In this document: piece by piece, positions 15,601 to 25,199 of the stretch | How the letters are laid out: every line of letters begins with the position of its first letter | Position numbering within the stretch: the first letter of the stretch is position 1 | Sequence record: SRR31156797_3944 | Direction: 5' to 3' (one strand) | Length of the DNA stretch: 35,320 nt | Position numbers and translations under genes: made by a program | The notes under the pieces: generated by a model | Databases searched by the model: none | What the model saw: the letters and a program-made list of their open reading frames with translations, nothing else | Told to the model about the DNA's origin: nothing

Positions 15601-18368
15601 TCGATTGGGCGGGTCATTTCTTCGATGGCCTTGTTCAGCACGGTCAGGATGTCTGCCAGTCGTGCTTCTGACACGAGGATGTCGGCGGATTGGTTGACGA
15701 GCCAGAGCATGTAGTTGGCGAGTCCTGCGGTTACACGGGCTGGCAGGGCCGAATCCGTGGCGCCGGATGCTATACGGTCAATGCATTTGTTAAGCTGGAC
15801 GAGCAGAGTTTTGCGGTCCCATTTGCTTGGATCTGCGATCATTTCGCCGAGCACAACCCGTGCTTTACGGAATGGTTCGGCGTGGGCATCGATTGCTTTG
15901 GCCGCCATGACGCCCCACCAGTGTCCGGCCACGGTTTCCAGCACGAAGTCCAGACCTCCACCGACACGCGGGACTTTGATAGTGGCTTCGGCAATACCGT
16001 CAAATCGGGTCTCATCTTCGGCACAGAACACAATGGGTGACCCGTTGTGTGCTTTGAATATGGTGGTTTCCTTGACTGTGTCCATGGCAACCATTTCCGG
16101 CAGGTCGGAAGCCATGACCAGAGTCAGTGGTTCGGTGGACAGGTCGATGTGTTTTTTATCTTCGGTTACATCGCAGGGGATGGATTTGTAGCACAGTTCA
16201 GAGAGCTTGATACGTACTTCCTGAGCCGCCACGCAGTTTGCGCCGTTACCGACCAGCGCCCAATATCGGTGGACCGGGGCGAATTTCTTCGCCACTTCGC
16301 CGATGGCGTCCTTATTGGCGAGTACCTGATCAATTTTTTCTGGCAGGATTTCGAGCGCTTCGATTTCAGTAAGGATCGCTTTGGAATCCATGGATTCAAG
16401 TACGTCTGCCAACCACAGGGAGAGCAGCTTGCCAGCCGCAATCTGTGAGTAGAACGCTTTGGTAGAGGCCACGGCCATTTCCACGTCACGTCCATTTGAA
16501 GTGTAGATATAAGAGTCCGATTTCTGGACCAGAGGTGAGTTGCGTCGATTGACAATGCAGTTGACCCACGCGCCCTGATCACGACAGAGATCAACAACCC
16601 GGTTGGTATCCGTAGTCGTTCCACTTTGGGAGACGGGAATCAGGAATACGTCATCCATGCGGTCTTTACCCATGAAGCCGATTAATTCCGAGCCGGTATA
16701 GGATTCTACGGACAGCCCGGTTCCGGCCAAAGTGCGGCGAAGGAGTTGGGCCACGGCCATGGCCGCCACAGCAGCTGTCCCCTGTCCAACACAGATGATG
16801 CGTTTGATGGGAGTTGTTGTGTCCTTGAATCGTTTGACCAAGTCTGGACCGTTGCCGAAACCTTCGGGCAGGAATTCGATGGCATTGCCCTTGCGCAGAT
16901 ATTTGCCGTGCAAGGTGTTGCGGACGGAGTCCGAAGCTTCGTGGATTTCTTTTTCGATATAGTGGGTATATTCTCCACGAAAGATATCTCTGGAGAAAAT
17001 TTCGATTTTTTCTTCGGCCAACTCAACGGCATCACCGGAGTCGAGGTAGCGGGCAACAGGGGCGCTGCCTGCCGGATCGGAATCACGAAGAATGACGGAG
17101 ACACCGCCTTGCTGGTGGACAGCGATGGGATAGGAGCTTCGTGCCCGGGCGGCCATTCCGTAAGCTTCTGATGCGACCAGCCATCCGTCCTGAGTGTTGC
17201 CGACGTAAAATGACTGACCGGACCCTTTCTGGGCCAGGAATTGGGAGTCGAAGTCGCTCAGGTTTTGCATGACCACGGCAAGCGATCCTTCGCATTGTTT
17301 GAGTACGCTGCGGAATCGGGTCTCGGCATCGCCATCCTCTGCCGCACCGAGATGGAAAAGAACAGGCAAAATCTTAGCGTCCGTGGAGATAACAGGCGGA
17401 ATAAAAGCGCCTTTGCTGGTCACGGTTTCTTCAACCAGAGTCCGGTAGTTGTCCACATCGCCGTTGAGTACGAACATGGTCTTTTCAAGGCCGGTGGAAA
17501 CGTCGCCTTCAACGAGGCCGTCAACAGGGTGACAGTTGGGAACAGAAATGATGCCGTTGGAAGCCCATCGAGTATGGGCAATAATATTCAGGGTTTCCAG
17601 CCCTTCGGCCATACTCCAAAGCAGATCGTCGCAGGTGATGAAATTGCGGAGGGCTGCGCCATTGTCGCCGAGTTGACCAACGAGTTGAGCCACCTTGTAG
17701 AGAAAACGGCATGCCGTGCGCCCGTCCGGGAGCGTGCGGACCAACACCTGACGGGTGTCTGCATTGTTAATGGAACATCTTTTGTTGAGCTCGTCTTTTT
17801 GCGTGGTGTTCAGCGCCTGCTCAGGGTTTACCCCTTTGGGCAGAATGAAGGCTACAGCCACACCTGCTGAATCGCGGCCACGTACTTCGAGCTTGTCGAT
17901 GGACTGCAATACCTGTTCGGTTCCCCAAGCCAGAAAGTGGCGGTCGCGGGCTTCGGTATTTTCAGCCAGATTTTTTGGCATGATTGCCAGTGTGTCCTGC
18001 ATGTTGCCAAGAACTTCTCGATCGATCTGCCAAAGGTAGTCGTCCAGAGTTTCATGCAGTCCTTCAAGGGCGTCAGTGCGTGGTCCTTGTTCCAGTTTGA
18101 CTGCTGCGGCGTTGCGCATGTTTCGTATGATGTCTCGGATGGAACTTAAGCTGGCGTGAACCTGTTGGTTCCCCACCAGCTGTATGTGCAGGCCAAAGGC
18201 CATGAGGTCGTAAAAATGATCGGCCAGCACGCCCAGTGGGGCTGCTGCCTGCATAAGGTCAGTACTTGTGTTCGCTTCAGCGAAAGCCGTTTCAAGTTCG
18301 GTGAGCCAGCCGGTGTCCGGCGTGTTGAGCCATTGTCTGTTGCTGAGGAAACTGGCGATACCACACAT
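15543..18368 (-). CDS. glmS: Atypical long glutamine--fructose-6-phosphate aminotransferase (GATase-II + two SIS domains)
   Basis: N-terminal MCGI, LEVRGRDSAG, AHTRWASNG, HYIEKEIHE, VSQSGTT.DT, VASTKAF, IKLSEL and C-terminal AKTVTV. 941 aa. AGGAG RBS. Confidence 0.85.
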   Translation of the reverse strand: MCGIASFLSNRQWLNTPDTGWLTELETAFAEANTSTDLMQAAAPLGVLADHFYDLMAFGLHIQLVGNQQVHASLSSIRDIIRNMRNAAAVKLEQGPRTDALEGLHETLDDYLWQIDREVLGNMQDTLAIMPKNLAENTEARDRHFLAWGTEQVLQSIDKLEVRGRDSAGVAVAFILPKGVNPEQALNTTQKDELNKRCSINNADTRQVLVRTLPDGRTACRFLYKVAQLVGQLGDNGAALRNFITCDDLLWSMAEGLETLNIIAHTRWASNGIISVPNCHPVDGLVEGDVSTGLEKTMFVLNGDVDNYRTLVEETVTSKGAFIPPVISTDAKILPVLFHLGAAEDGDAETRFRSVLKQCEGSLAVVMQNLSDFDSQFLAQKGSGQSFYVGNTQDGWLVASEAYGMAARARSSYPIAVHQQGGVSVILRDSDPAGSAPVARYLDSGDAVELAEEKIEIFSRDIFRGEYTHYIEKEIHEASDSVRNTLHGKYLRKGNAIEFLPEGFGNGPDLVKRFKDTTTPIKRIICVGQGTAAVAAMAVAQLLRRTLAGTGLSVESYTGSELIGFMGKDRMDDVFLIPVSQSGTTTDTNRVVDLCRDQGAWVNCIVNRRNSPLVQKSDSYIYTSNGRDVEMAVASTKAFYSQIAAGKLLSLWLADVLESMDSKAILTEIEALEILPEKIDQVLANKDAIGEVAKKFAPVHRYWALVGNGANCVAAQEVRIKLSELCYKSIPCDVTEDKKHIDLSTEPLTLVMASDLPEMVAMDTVKETTIFKAHNGSPIVFCAEDETRFDGIAEATIKVPRVGGGLDFVLETVAGHWWGVMAAKAIDAHAEPFRKARVVLGEMIADPSKWDRKTLLVQLNKCIDRIASGATDSALPARVTAGLANYMLWLVNQSADILVSEARLADILTVLNKAIEEMTRPIDTIRHQAKTVTVGISRPQG

Positions 18369-18959
18369 GGCGGTCTATTCTCCTGATGGATGGTTGTCGT
18401 CGTGAGGCGCTTTTCCGTGCCAGACCTTTGCATAAGGTTGGTAAAACCGGGTGCGCGGTAGTTGAATTACTGCACATGACAGGCCTTGGCAAGTTTGGAG
18501 AATCATCTGTTGTTGGAGTTTTGCACTGGTGGCTAAAAGAGTGCTTATTGTTTAAATTATAACAATCTTTTCAATGCGCTGATATGCTGCTATTTTTTAC
18601 GTCTCTTTTAGTGCTTTTTTGATATTAACAGTACGAATCATGTTTGATTATATGATTAAAAAAGAGAATATGGGGCGTGCAGTTTTTCCTTTTGGGGGGC
18701 GAAAAGCCCTTTGCGTGGACGGAGAATCGAATTTCGAAGGATCGTTTTTATACAGTCTGAATAATATTGAGTTATCAATTTGAAAAGATTGACGAAGTTG
18801 TCGAGCGATTTATCCTCATTTGCTTAACTTATGAGTATGAATAAAATCACGCGAGCCTATTATTACAATTGCGAGAGTAGCCGTTTTTATGGCATGTAAA
18901 TGGTGTTACACATTTTTTATGGGCGGGATTTTTCCCAACGGATTTGTAAGGAGTGAATA

Positions 18960-19340
18960 ATGGCCAAGAAAATCCTCATTGTCGATGACGAGGTCCACAT
19001 CAAAATGCTGCTTGAGCAAACTCTCGAAGAACTTGAAGATGAGTTTGAGGTTGAGTTGTTTACGGCCTCTGATGGTGAAGAGGGTCTTGAATTTATTCAA
19101 AAAAAGAATCCTGACTTAGTATTTTTAGATATTATGATGCCTAAGATGAATGGGTATGAAGTTTGTAGTGTCGTCAAAGAAGATAGCAGTCTTCAAGGCG
19201 TCAAAATTATTTTGCTTACGGCCAAGGGCCAAGAAGTCGACCGTAAGCAGGGCATGGAGCTTGGCGCTCTGATGTACATGACCAAGCCTTTTGATCCCGA
19301 TGAGATTCTTAGAGTGTCCAAGGAAGCTCTGGAGCTGTAG
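18960..19340 (+). CDS. Single-domain response regulator (REC)
   Basis: KILIVDDE, FLDIMMP, LLTA, KPF motifs. AAGGAG RBS. Confidence 0.92.
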   Translation: MAKKILIVDDEVHIKMLLEQTLEELEDEFEVELFTASDGEEGLEFIQKKNPDLVFLDIMMPKMNGYEVCSVVKEDSSLQGVKIILLTAKGQEVDRKQGMELGALMYMTKPFDPDEILRVSKEALEL

Positions 19341-19367
19341 TCGGTTTAATCCGTACTCTATCATTTC

Positions 19368-21107
19368 ATGACACCACTCAAAAAATATATACGCCCTGGA
19401 GTGCTGCGGAATATACTCCGCAGAGCCCATGAGTTGGCCGGAGGAGAAAGCCCTCTGGCTATTACTTATGAGGGTGAAGTGGTCATTGTGGAAGGGACGG
19501 ATTCCTATGATGGCTTTAGTGAGGCTCTCCCCAACGTTCTTTCCGTGCCTATTCAGTTTGATATTATTCATGGTGGAAGTGTCGTCATACAAATCAATGA
19601 TGGCTGTTCTCCGGAAGAGGCTGAGCGGCTTCTCGACTTCATAGGATACTCCATTCAGGAGCTTATCGACATGGAGCAGGCCAGACGCTCTATTGCAGAG
19701 GAAGCTCTGTCTAAATATCGAGAATTGGCTCTGCTGCATCGTTCGGTTCCGAATATTAATACTTCTTTGGTCATGCGCGATGTTGTTCGCGCCCTTATCG
19801 ATGAGTGTCGGCGTGAAAATTACCCAGGCGAACTGGGAATGATCTTTCTTTTGGAGCCCGGCTCCAAGCAGTATCGGTTGGCTGTGCAGTATGGTTTTCC
19901 TTTCGGGTCCAACCTACAGCCCATGGCTGATAGTGATCTTTTCATTGAAGTGGCCGAATCTGGGCGCGGTGAAATTGTCAACGATCTAGATAAGGATGCT
20001 CGATGGTCTGGGGAATTACCCGGCCTTGGGGCTATGATTATTATTCCGATTGCTTCGCCCAACCGGTGTGAAGGTCTGCTTATTCTTGCATCAGAAAACA
20101 AGGGGCTATTTGAAGCTTCTCACAGCCGAAGTTTGTCAACATTGGCTTCTGTCGCCGGAATTTCAGTGAGTAACTCCTTCAATTTCGAAGGTGTGCAGAA
20201 GTTAATGAACGCCATCTTGCAGGCGTTGGCAGAAGCAATTGACTCCCGAGATCCTTTTACCGCTGGACATTCCGAACGTGTGGCACACTTGGCGGTGGCT
20301 TTTGCTCAGGTTTTGAATGAAAAAGGGGATTGCGCCGAGGAATCTTTCTCGGATGAAGATCTCAAGGAAATTTATTACGCAGGTATTTTGCATGATGTCG
20401 GCAAAATTGGCATCAAGGAAGACGTGCTTACAAAACGCACTCGATTGACTCCTCGGCATATGGATGTTGTCAAAGCCCGTTTTCAACTTCTTGGTCAATT
20501 CAGCGATTTTGATTGGTCGTCAGCGTATGAGACAGTCAGTTCTGTGAACAAGGCAATGACTCCAGAAGAGGATGATTTGAAGTTTGTTAAGGAGTTGGGT
20601 GACAAAGTCTTTCACGAAGGCGGAGCGCGTCTGTCATATCTATACGATGATGAATTGGAACATCTCCTTTTGAAATATGGCAATTTGACTTCAGAGGAAC
20701 GCAAAGAAATTCAGCGTCATCCAGCTGAGAGCGAACGAATCCTTCAGCATATTCCCATGCACGGCAATTATAACAACATGCTGGCCATTATTCGGCAGCA
20801 TCATGAACGCCTTGATGGTTCAGGGTATCCAGATGGCTTGAAGGCGGATGAAATTATTATCCAGAGTCGTATGATGGCGATTGTGGATATTTATGACGCA
20901 GTGACTCAAGAACGTCACTACAAGCCTGCGTATACACGCAGCGAAGCCGTGAAGATTTTGAAAAAGGATGCGGAAGCGGGAAGGTTGGATAACGATTTGA
21001 CTACCTGTTTCCTGGAAAATCTTGAACGGATCGAGGCTTTGTCTGAGCGGGTCAAGATCACTCGTGTTAGCCATCTTTCGGAAATCGGAAATTTCTCTAC
21101 GCTTTAG
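19368..21107 (+). CDS. GAF + HD-GYP cyclic-dinucleotide phosphodiesterase
   Basis: GAF-like middle region, AIDSRDPFTAGHSERV, LHDVGKIG, HHERLDGSGYPDGL, AIVDIYDA. Confidence 0.9.
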   Translation: MTPLKKYIRPGVLRNILRRAHELAGGESPLAITYEGEVVIVEGTDSYDGFSEALPNVLSVPIQFDIIHGGSVVIQINDGCSPEEAERLLDFIGYSIQELIDMEQARRSIAEEALSKYRELALLHRSVPNINTSLVMRDVVRALIDECRRENYPGELGMIFLLEPGSKQYRLAVQYGFPFGSNLQPMADSDLFIEVAESGRGEIVNDLDKDARWSGELPGLGAMIIIPIASPNRCEGLLILASENKGLFEASHSRSLSTLASVAGISVSNSFNFEGVQKLMNAILQALAEAIDSRDPFTAGHSERVAHLAVAFAQVLNEKGDCAEESFSDEDLKEIYYAGILHDVGKIGIKEDVLTKRTRLTPRHMDVVKARFQLLGQFSDFDWSSAYETVSSVNKAMTPEEDDLKFVKELGDKVFHEGGARLSYLYDDELEHLLLKYGNLTSEERKEIQRHPAESERILQHIPMHGNYNNMLAIIRQHHERLDGSGYPDGLKADEIIIQSRMMAIVDIYDAVTQERHYKPAYTRSEAVKILKKDAEAGRLDNDLTTCFLENLERIEALSERVKITRVSHLSEIGNFSTL

Positions 21108-21144
21108 CTAATTCCCGGCAATTTTACAGAGGTGACTCTAGCAA

Positions 21145-22737
21145 TCAGCCGCACATCTGTTGTTCGATGTGTGCAAAGGGAAGCTGTCCTCCTGCGAACA
21201 GGGCCGTACAGAATGGGCCAATTTTCAGTCGTGATTTTTTTCTGAGCCGGGTTATTTCGTAGAGACCCAGAATCGGCATGGCTCTGCGTGCTGGTGTTAA
21301 GCGGATGTTGCGAACGTGGTTTAATCCTTCGTCCTGTGAAAATCCGGCTTCGTCCAGAATGGACAGGCATCGATTCTGGTCCATCGAGCCTACGGCCAGC
21401 CCAGCGTCGATCATTGCCAGTGCTGCGCGACTCAGACCTCGCTTATGGTGAGTGAGACGGTCGAGTGGCGTTTCAAGATACCCCAGTTCATCCATGAGAT
21501 TTTCGGCGAAGGCGAGCCATCCCGCCATGAAGAGCGGGTTGGTTATCTGTGCCATCGGAGAATCCCCCAAGGCGCGCCTTTGAGAATTTAGCAAATGACG
21601 ACCGGGATAGGTTTGCATGGCCGTCATGAAAGGAAATTCTTTGCGTGCGCGGGCTAAACGAACCGGGTCATCACGAAATCCCCTGCCTGTGAAGAGATGG
21701 GCACTGACATAACAGTGTGAAGGGTCGTTATCCCATGCGCCGAGGGCCGGGGCGAGATGAATGGGGCGCAGAGAAGACGCCATATGCAACGGTTGGGGAT
21801 CAATGCGTAATCCCGTGTCGGCAAAGACTTTTGCCAATGGAGATTCCTGCATGAATGCGCGGAGGCGATGGATTTCACGGACAACAAGATCCACTGCCTC
21901 AAGATTGTCTGTGGGCGGCCCTTGGTATTCGTCGTACAGTTCTCGCCAGTTCTTACCGTTGCCGATTTCCGATTCAAACCAGTGCAGAGATTCCAAACGT
22001 TTATTGTATTCTTCTTCTGCGATAGAAAATATTTCGTCAGGACTTCGTTTTGAACCAAGGACGTTTTCCGTCATGATGGAAAATGATGGCCCGAGATCAT
22101 CTGGAATTTCCGGTCTGGACGTGACGAATCGGTCGAAATCCTTGAGGCTGGAGAGGGCTTCGTTGAGAAATTTTGGTGCCTTGCCTGTCTGACCAAGTTC
22201 GCTGGTGCCTAAATCGGTCAGATACCGTGCGCAGTCTCGAATCATGGTTTGAGAGTCTCCACGGCTGGATGCACTTATAGCTTCGATGTTGATGGGCGCC
22301 TGTGCCAACAGATTGGGGATATCCCTCAGCCGTTTAATAAACCTTTTTTGTCGGGTGCGTTCATTTTTGGCAGGCATGGTTACTGCCTGCTCAAGCCCCG
22401 TGAAGGCTATTTGTAAATAGAGTTCTGGGGCTTTTTCCCATGTACGGATGCTGTCCAACTCCGTGATGACACCACTTGCACTCAAGGCAAAGGCCTGCGC
22501 TTGTGCGGCTGAATCGGGCGTATCCGCTTTGGATGCTGCGGTGAGGAAATCGTTTTTGAATCGCTTGAGTGCGGCGCTGTGTTTTGAGATGCTCTTGCGA
22601 GACAAGTCGTCCAGTCGGTCGAGCCACTTTGCGGACTCTGTTGCAGGCGGCAGCAGGGAGAAAGTTCCTGATGCACACATTACAGGGAAGTGTTTAGCCA
22701 AATATGCGAAATATTTTTTTGCGAGTTTGATTTTCAT
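21145..22737 (-). CDS. DUF885-family-like protein
   Basis: Long helical ORF with YPGRH, FMAGWLAFAE and C-terminal LG..EI..LR...G.LP patterns reminiscent of DUF885. Start could alternatively be 22755. Confidence 0.6.
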   Translation of the reverse strand: MKIKLAKKYFAYLAKHFPVMCASGTFSLLPPATESAKWLDRLDDLSRKSISKHSAALKRFKNDFLTAASKADTPDSAAQAQAFALSASGVITELDSIRTWEKAPELYLQIAFTGLEQAVTMPAKNERTRQKRFIKRLRDIPNLLAQAPINIEAISASSRGDSQTMIRDCARYLTDLGTSELGQTGKAPKFLNEALSSLKDFDRFVTSRPEIPDDLGPSFSIMTENVLGSKRSPDEIFSIAEEEYNKRLESLHWFESEIGNGKNWRELYDEYQGPPTDNLEAVDLVVREIHRLRAFMQESPLAKVFADTGLRIDPQPLHMASSLRPIHLAPALGAWDNDPSHCYVSAHLFTGRGFRDDPVRLARARKEFPFMTAMQTYPGRHLLNSQRRALGDSPMAQITNPLFMAGWLAFAENLMDELGYLETPLDRLTHHKRGLSRAALAMIDAGLAVGSMDQNRCLSILDEAGFSQDEGLNHVRNIRLTPARRAMPILGLYEITRLRKKSRLKIGPFCTALFAGGQLPFAHIEQQMCG

Positions 22738-22767
22738 GAATGTGCGCTCATGCACGGTATGGTTCTG

Positions 22768-23724
22768 TTAACCTTCAACGTCCGTTTTGAGCAGGTTGTA
22801 TACTCTGGGAGCGAGTTCTCCCAGTTCAGCCTTGGAAACCTGATCGTCGGCACCGACGGCGATACCTTTGTGGTGCAAAGTTTCCGTAATGATGGAAGAG
22901 CACAAGACAACAGGCAGATCTTTAAGAAGAGTATCATCTTTGATGGCTCGTGTCAGGCTGTGGCCGTCCATGGCGGGCATTTCAATATCCGAGATCACGG
23001 CGTTTACATAGTTTGTCAGCGGTTGTCTCTCATTTTCTGCTTTGGCTTTGATTGATTGGAGATACCGCCATGCAAGGTCACCGTTTTCTTCGGTGTGCAC
23101 TTTGAATCCTGATTCGGAAAGGATTTTGGCAATCATCTTTCGGGCCATACTGGAGTCGTCGACCAACAGAACTCGTTGTTCCTCGCTGGAGATTTGTTCT
23201 TTGACGGCCTCGGCAACTTCGTTGACCGGGGTGGCGCCGGGGTTTAACTCCATGCATATTTTTTCCATGTCCAAAATGAAAATGATGCGGTCAGTGAATT
23301 TGACGACACCAGTGATGGAGTTCGCGGTTAGCGAGGAAACATAGTTGGTGGGAGCTTCGACTTCTTTCCAGTTGATCCTGTGAATACGGGTCACACCGGA
23401 AACGAGGAAAGCACTTTTTGTGCGGTTGAATTCCGTGACAATGACCTTGGGAGCCTCGGATGGAACGCGATTTTTGCCGAGCCAGTTTGCTAAATCGATG
23501 AGTGGAATGATTTCATTACGCAGATTGAAGGCCCCCATCACGGATTCGTGAGCCACGTCGGGCATTTCCGTTAATTCGGGCATCTGAATGATTTCCAGAA
23601 CCTTGGCAACGTTAATTCCGTAGAAGCCGCGATAGGTGCTGTTCGGCCGCTCGTCATCGAGAAAGAACTCAACAATTTCAAGTTCATTGGTGCCTGATTC
23701 AAGCAGGATATTGGTCTCACTCAT
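22768..23724 (-). CDS. cheV: Chemotaxis protein CheV (CheW + REC)
   Basis: ILLESGTNELEIVEF, YGINVAKVLEII, LLVDDS, ISDIEMPAMDG. Start set at ATG 23724 (GGAG RBS). Confidence 0.92.
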   Translation of the reverse strand: MSETNILLESGTNELEIVEFFLDDERPNSTYRGFYGINVAKVLEIIQMPELTEMPDVAHESVMGAFNLRNEIIPLIDLANWLGKNRVPSEAPKVIVTEFNRTKSAFLVSGVTRIHRINWKEVEAPTNYVSSLTANSITGVVKFTDRIIFILDMEKICMELNPGATPVNEVAEAVKEQISSEEQRVLLVDDSSMARKMIAKILSESGFKVHTEENGDLAWRYLQSIKAKAENERQPLTNYVNAVISDIEMPAMDGHSLTRAIKDDTLLKDLPVVLCSSIITETLHHKGIAVGADDQVSKAELGELAPRVYNLLKTDVEG

Positions 23725-23833
23725 GCGAGGTATCTCCAGAGTCTCCAAGGTTTGGCAAATTCGAACCCTTTACATATACTAAGGGGTTCGCTGGATGCAA
23801 GCCCGGCAAAGGGTCAAACCCAAAAAAGACAGA

Positions 23834-25186
23834 CTATTCTTCAATGCCGTATTTTTTGATTTTGTAGTGGATTGCCCTGCGGCTTATGCCCAGCCTGTCG
23901 GCAGCATTTTTTTTGACTCCCCCAGTTGCTTTCAAGGCGCGGACAATAGTTTCCCGTTCATTGTCTTCAAGCGACAGACTTGATCCCTGAAGGACCGGAG
24001 AATCAACTGGAGGTTCTTCGATTTGTAAATCTTGACTCGTAATGGTGTCGTCGCCACAGAAGACGAGTGCTGCTTCGATGGTGTTCTTCAGTTCGCGTAC
24101 ATTACCCGGCCATGCGTGGCCGATTATTCTGTCCATGGCTTCCTTTTCAATGGACAATAAGGGGCGATCCTGAGCGGAACACAACTCGTCGAGGAACCCT
24201 GTGACAAGGAGCGGAATATCTTCCTTACGTTCACGAAGTGGCGGGATAGTCAGGGTGACAACTTTCAGTCGGTAGTATAAGTCCTCGCGAAAATCTCCGT
24301 TTGCCACCATTCGAGGGAGGTCGGCATTGGTGGCGGCTATGACTCGACAGGAAATCTTTCGTTCGGTGTTGTCGCCAACTCTGCGTATTGTGCCTTCCTG
24401 AAGAAAGCGGAGAAGGCGAGTTTGCATGTCAGGGGAAATATTACCTATTTCATCCAGAAACAGGGTGCCTTCATCGGCCTCTTCAATGAGTCCTTTTTTG
24501 TCCTTCATGGCATGGGTAAATGACCCTTTGACGTGACCGAAAAGTTCACTTTCAAGCAGTGTTGGCTGGGTGGAACCGCAGTCCACCACCACGAAGGGCC
24601 CTTTGGCACGAGGGCTGGCGTCGTGGAGTATTCGTGCTGCTTTTTCCTTGCCCGTGCCGGATTCGCCAAAGAGGAGGACCGTGGCCGTGGATCGGGCGAC
24701 CCGTTCGAGCAACTCCAGAAAACGGGCCATTGTCGGGGCTGTGCCGCCCAGTAATCCCTCATGAGAGAAGTGTGTGGTTGAAGGCTTCCGTATTTGAGCT
24801 GGAGGGGTGCCGGTTTCCAGTTTTGATCTGATAAGTCGTACCAGTTCTTTGCCGTCGAACGGTTTGGTCAGGTAGTCTGCTGCCCCGGCCTGTATGGCAT
24901 CTACGGCCCCCGTAATGGTCCCATGGGCAGTGAGCATGATGATGGGGATATGCGGCCAGTTTTCAAGGACCTCCTTGAGCAGGCCATGTCCTCCCATACC
25001 CGGCATTTTGACATCGGAAACGATCAGGTCCACCGGCTCATTTGCCAGCATTTCAAGGGCAGTTTCAGCTCTGTCTGCGAGTAACGGTGTCAAGCCGGAA
25101 GAAAGCAGGCGCGCTTCCAGTACTTGCAGGATGTTTTCGTCGTCATCCACCACGAGAATGGTCGGTATGTTGATAGTCGTGTTCAT
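23834..25186 (-). CDS. NtrC-family (REC-AAA+-Fis HTH) response regulator
   Basis: LVVDDD, GESGTGKE, ESELFGHVKGSFTHA, LFLDEIG, FREDLYYRL, WPGNVREL, and a C-terminal HTH. Confidence 0.93.
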   Translation of the reverse strand: MNTTINIPTILVVDDDENILQVLEARLLSSGLTPLLADRAETALEMLANEPVDLIVSDVKMPGMGGHGLLKEVLENWPHIPIIMLTAHGTITGAVDAIQAGAADYLTKPFDGKELVRLIRSKLETGTPPAQIRKPSTTHFSHEGLLGGTAPTMARFLELLERVARSTATVLLFGESGTGKEKAARILHDASPRAKGPFVVVDCGSTQPTLLESELFGHVKGSFTHAMKDKKGLIEEADEGTLFLDEIGNISPDMQTRLLRFLQEGTIRRVGDNTERKISCRVIAATNADLPRMVANGDFREDLYYRLKVVTLTIPPLRERKEDIPLLVTGFLDELCSAQDRPLLSIEKEAMDRIIGHAWPGNVRELKNTIEAALVFCGDDTITSQDLQIEEPPVDSPVLQGSSLSLEDNERETIVRALKATGGVKKNAADRLGISRRAIHYKIKKYGIEE

Positions 25187-25199
25187 GATGTGTCCTTGT

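Noticed and set aside
18405-18425. Sigma54 promoter TGGCACG upstream of glmS (minus strand)
   Set aside because: The -12 GC is off by one base and lacks TT (TGGCACGGAAAAGCG).
18369-18959. glmS ribozyme or c-di-GMP riboswitch
   Set aside because: Conserved core motifs were not recognisable; only small generic hairpins are present.
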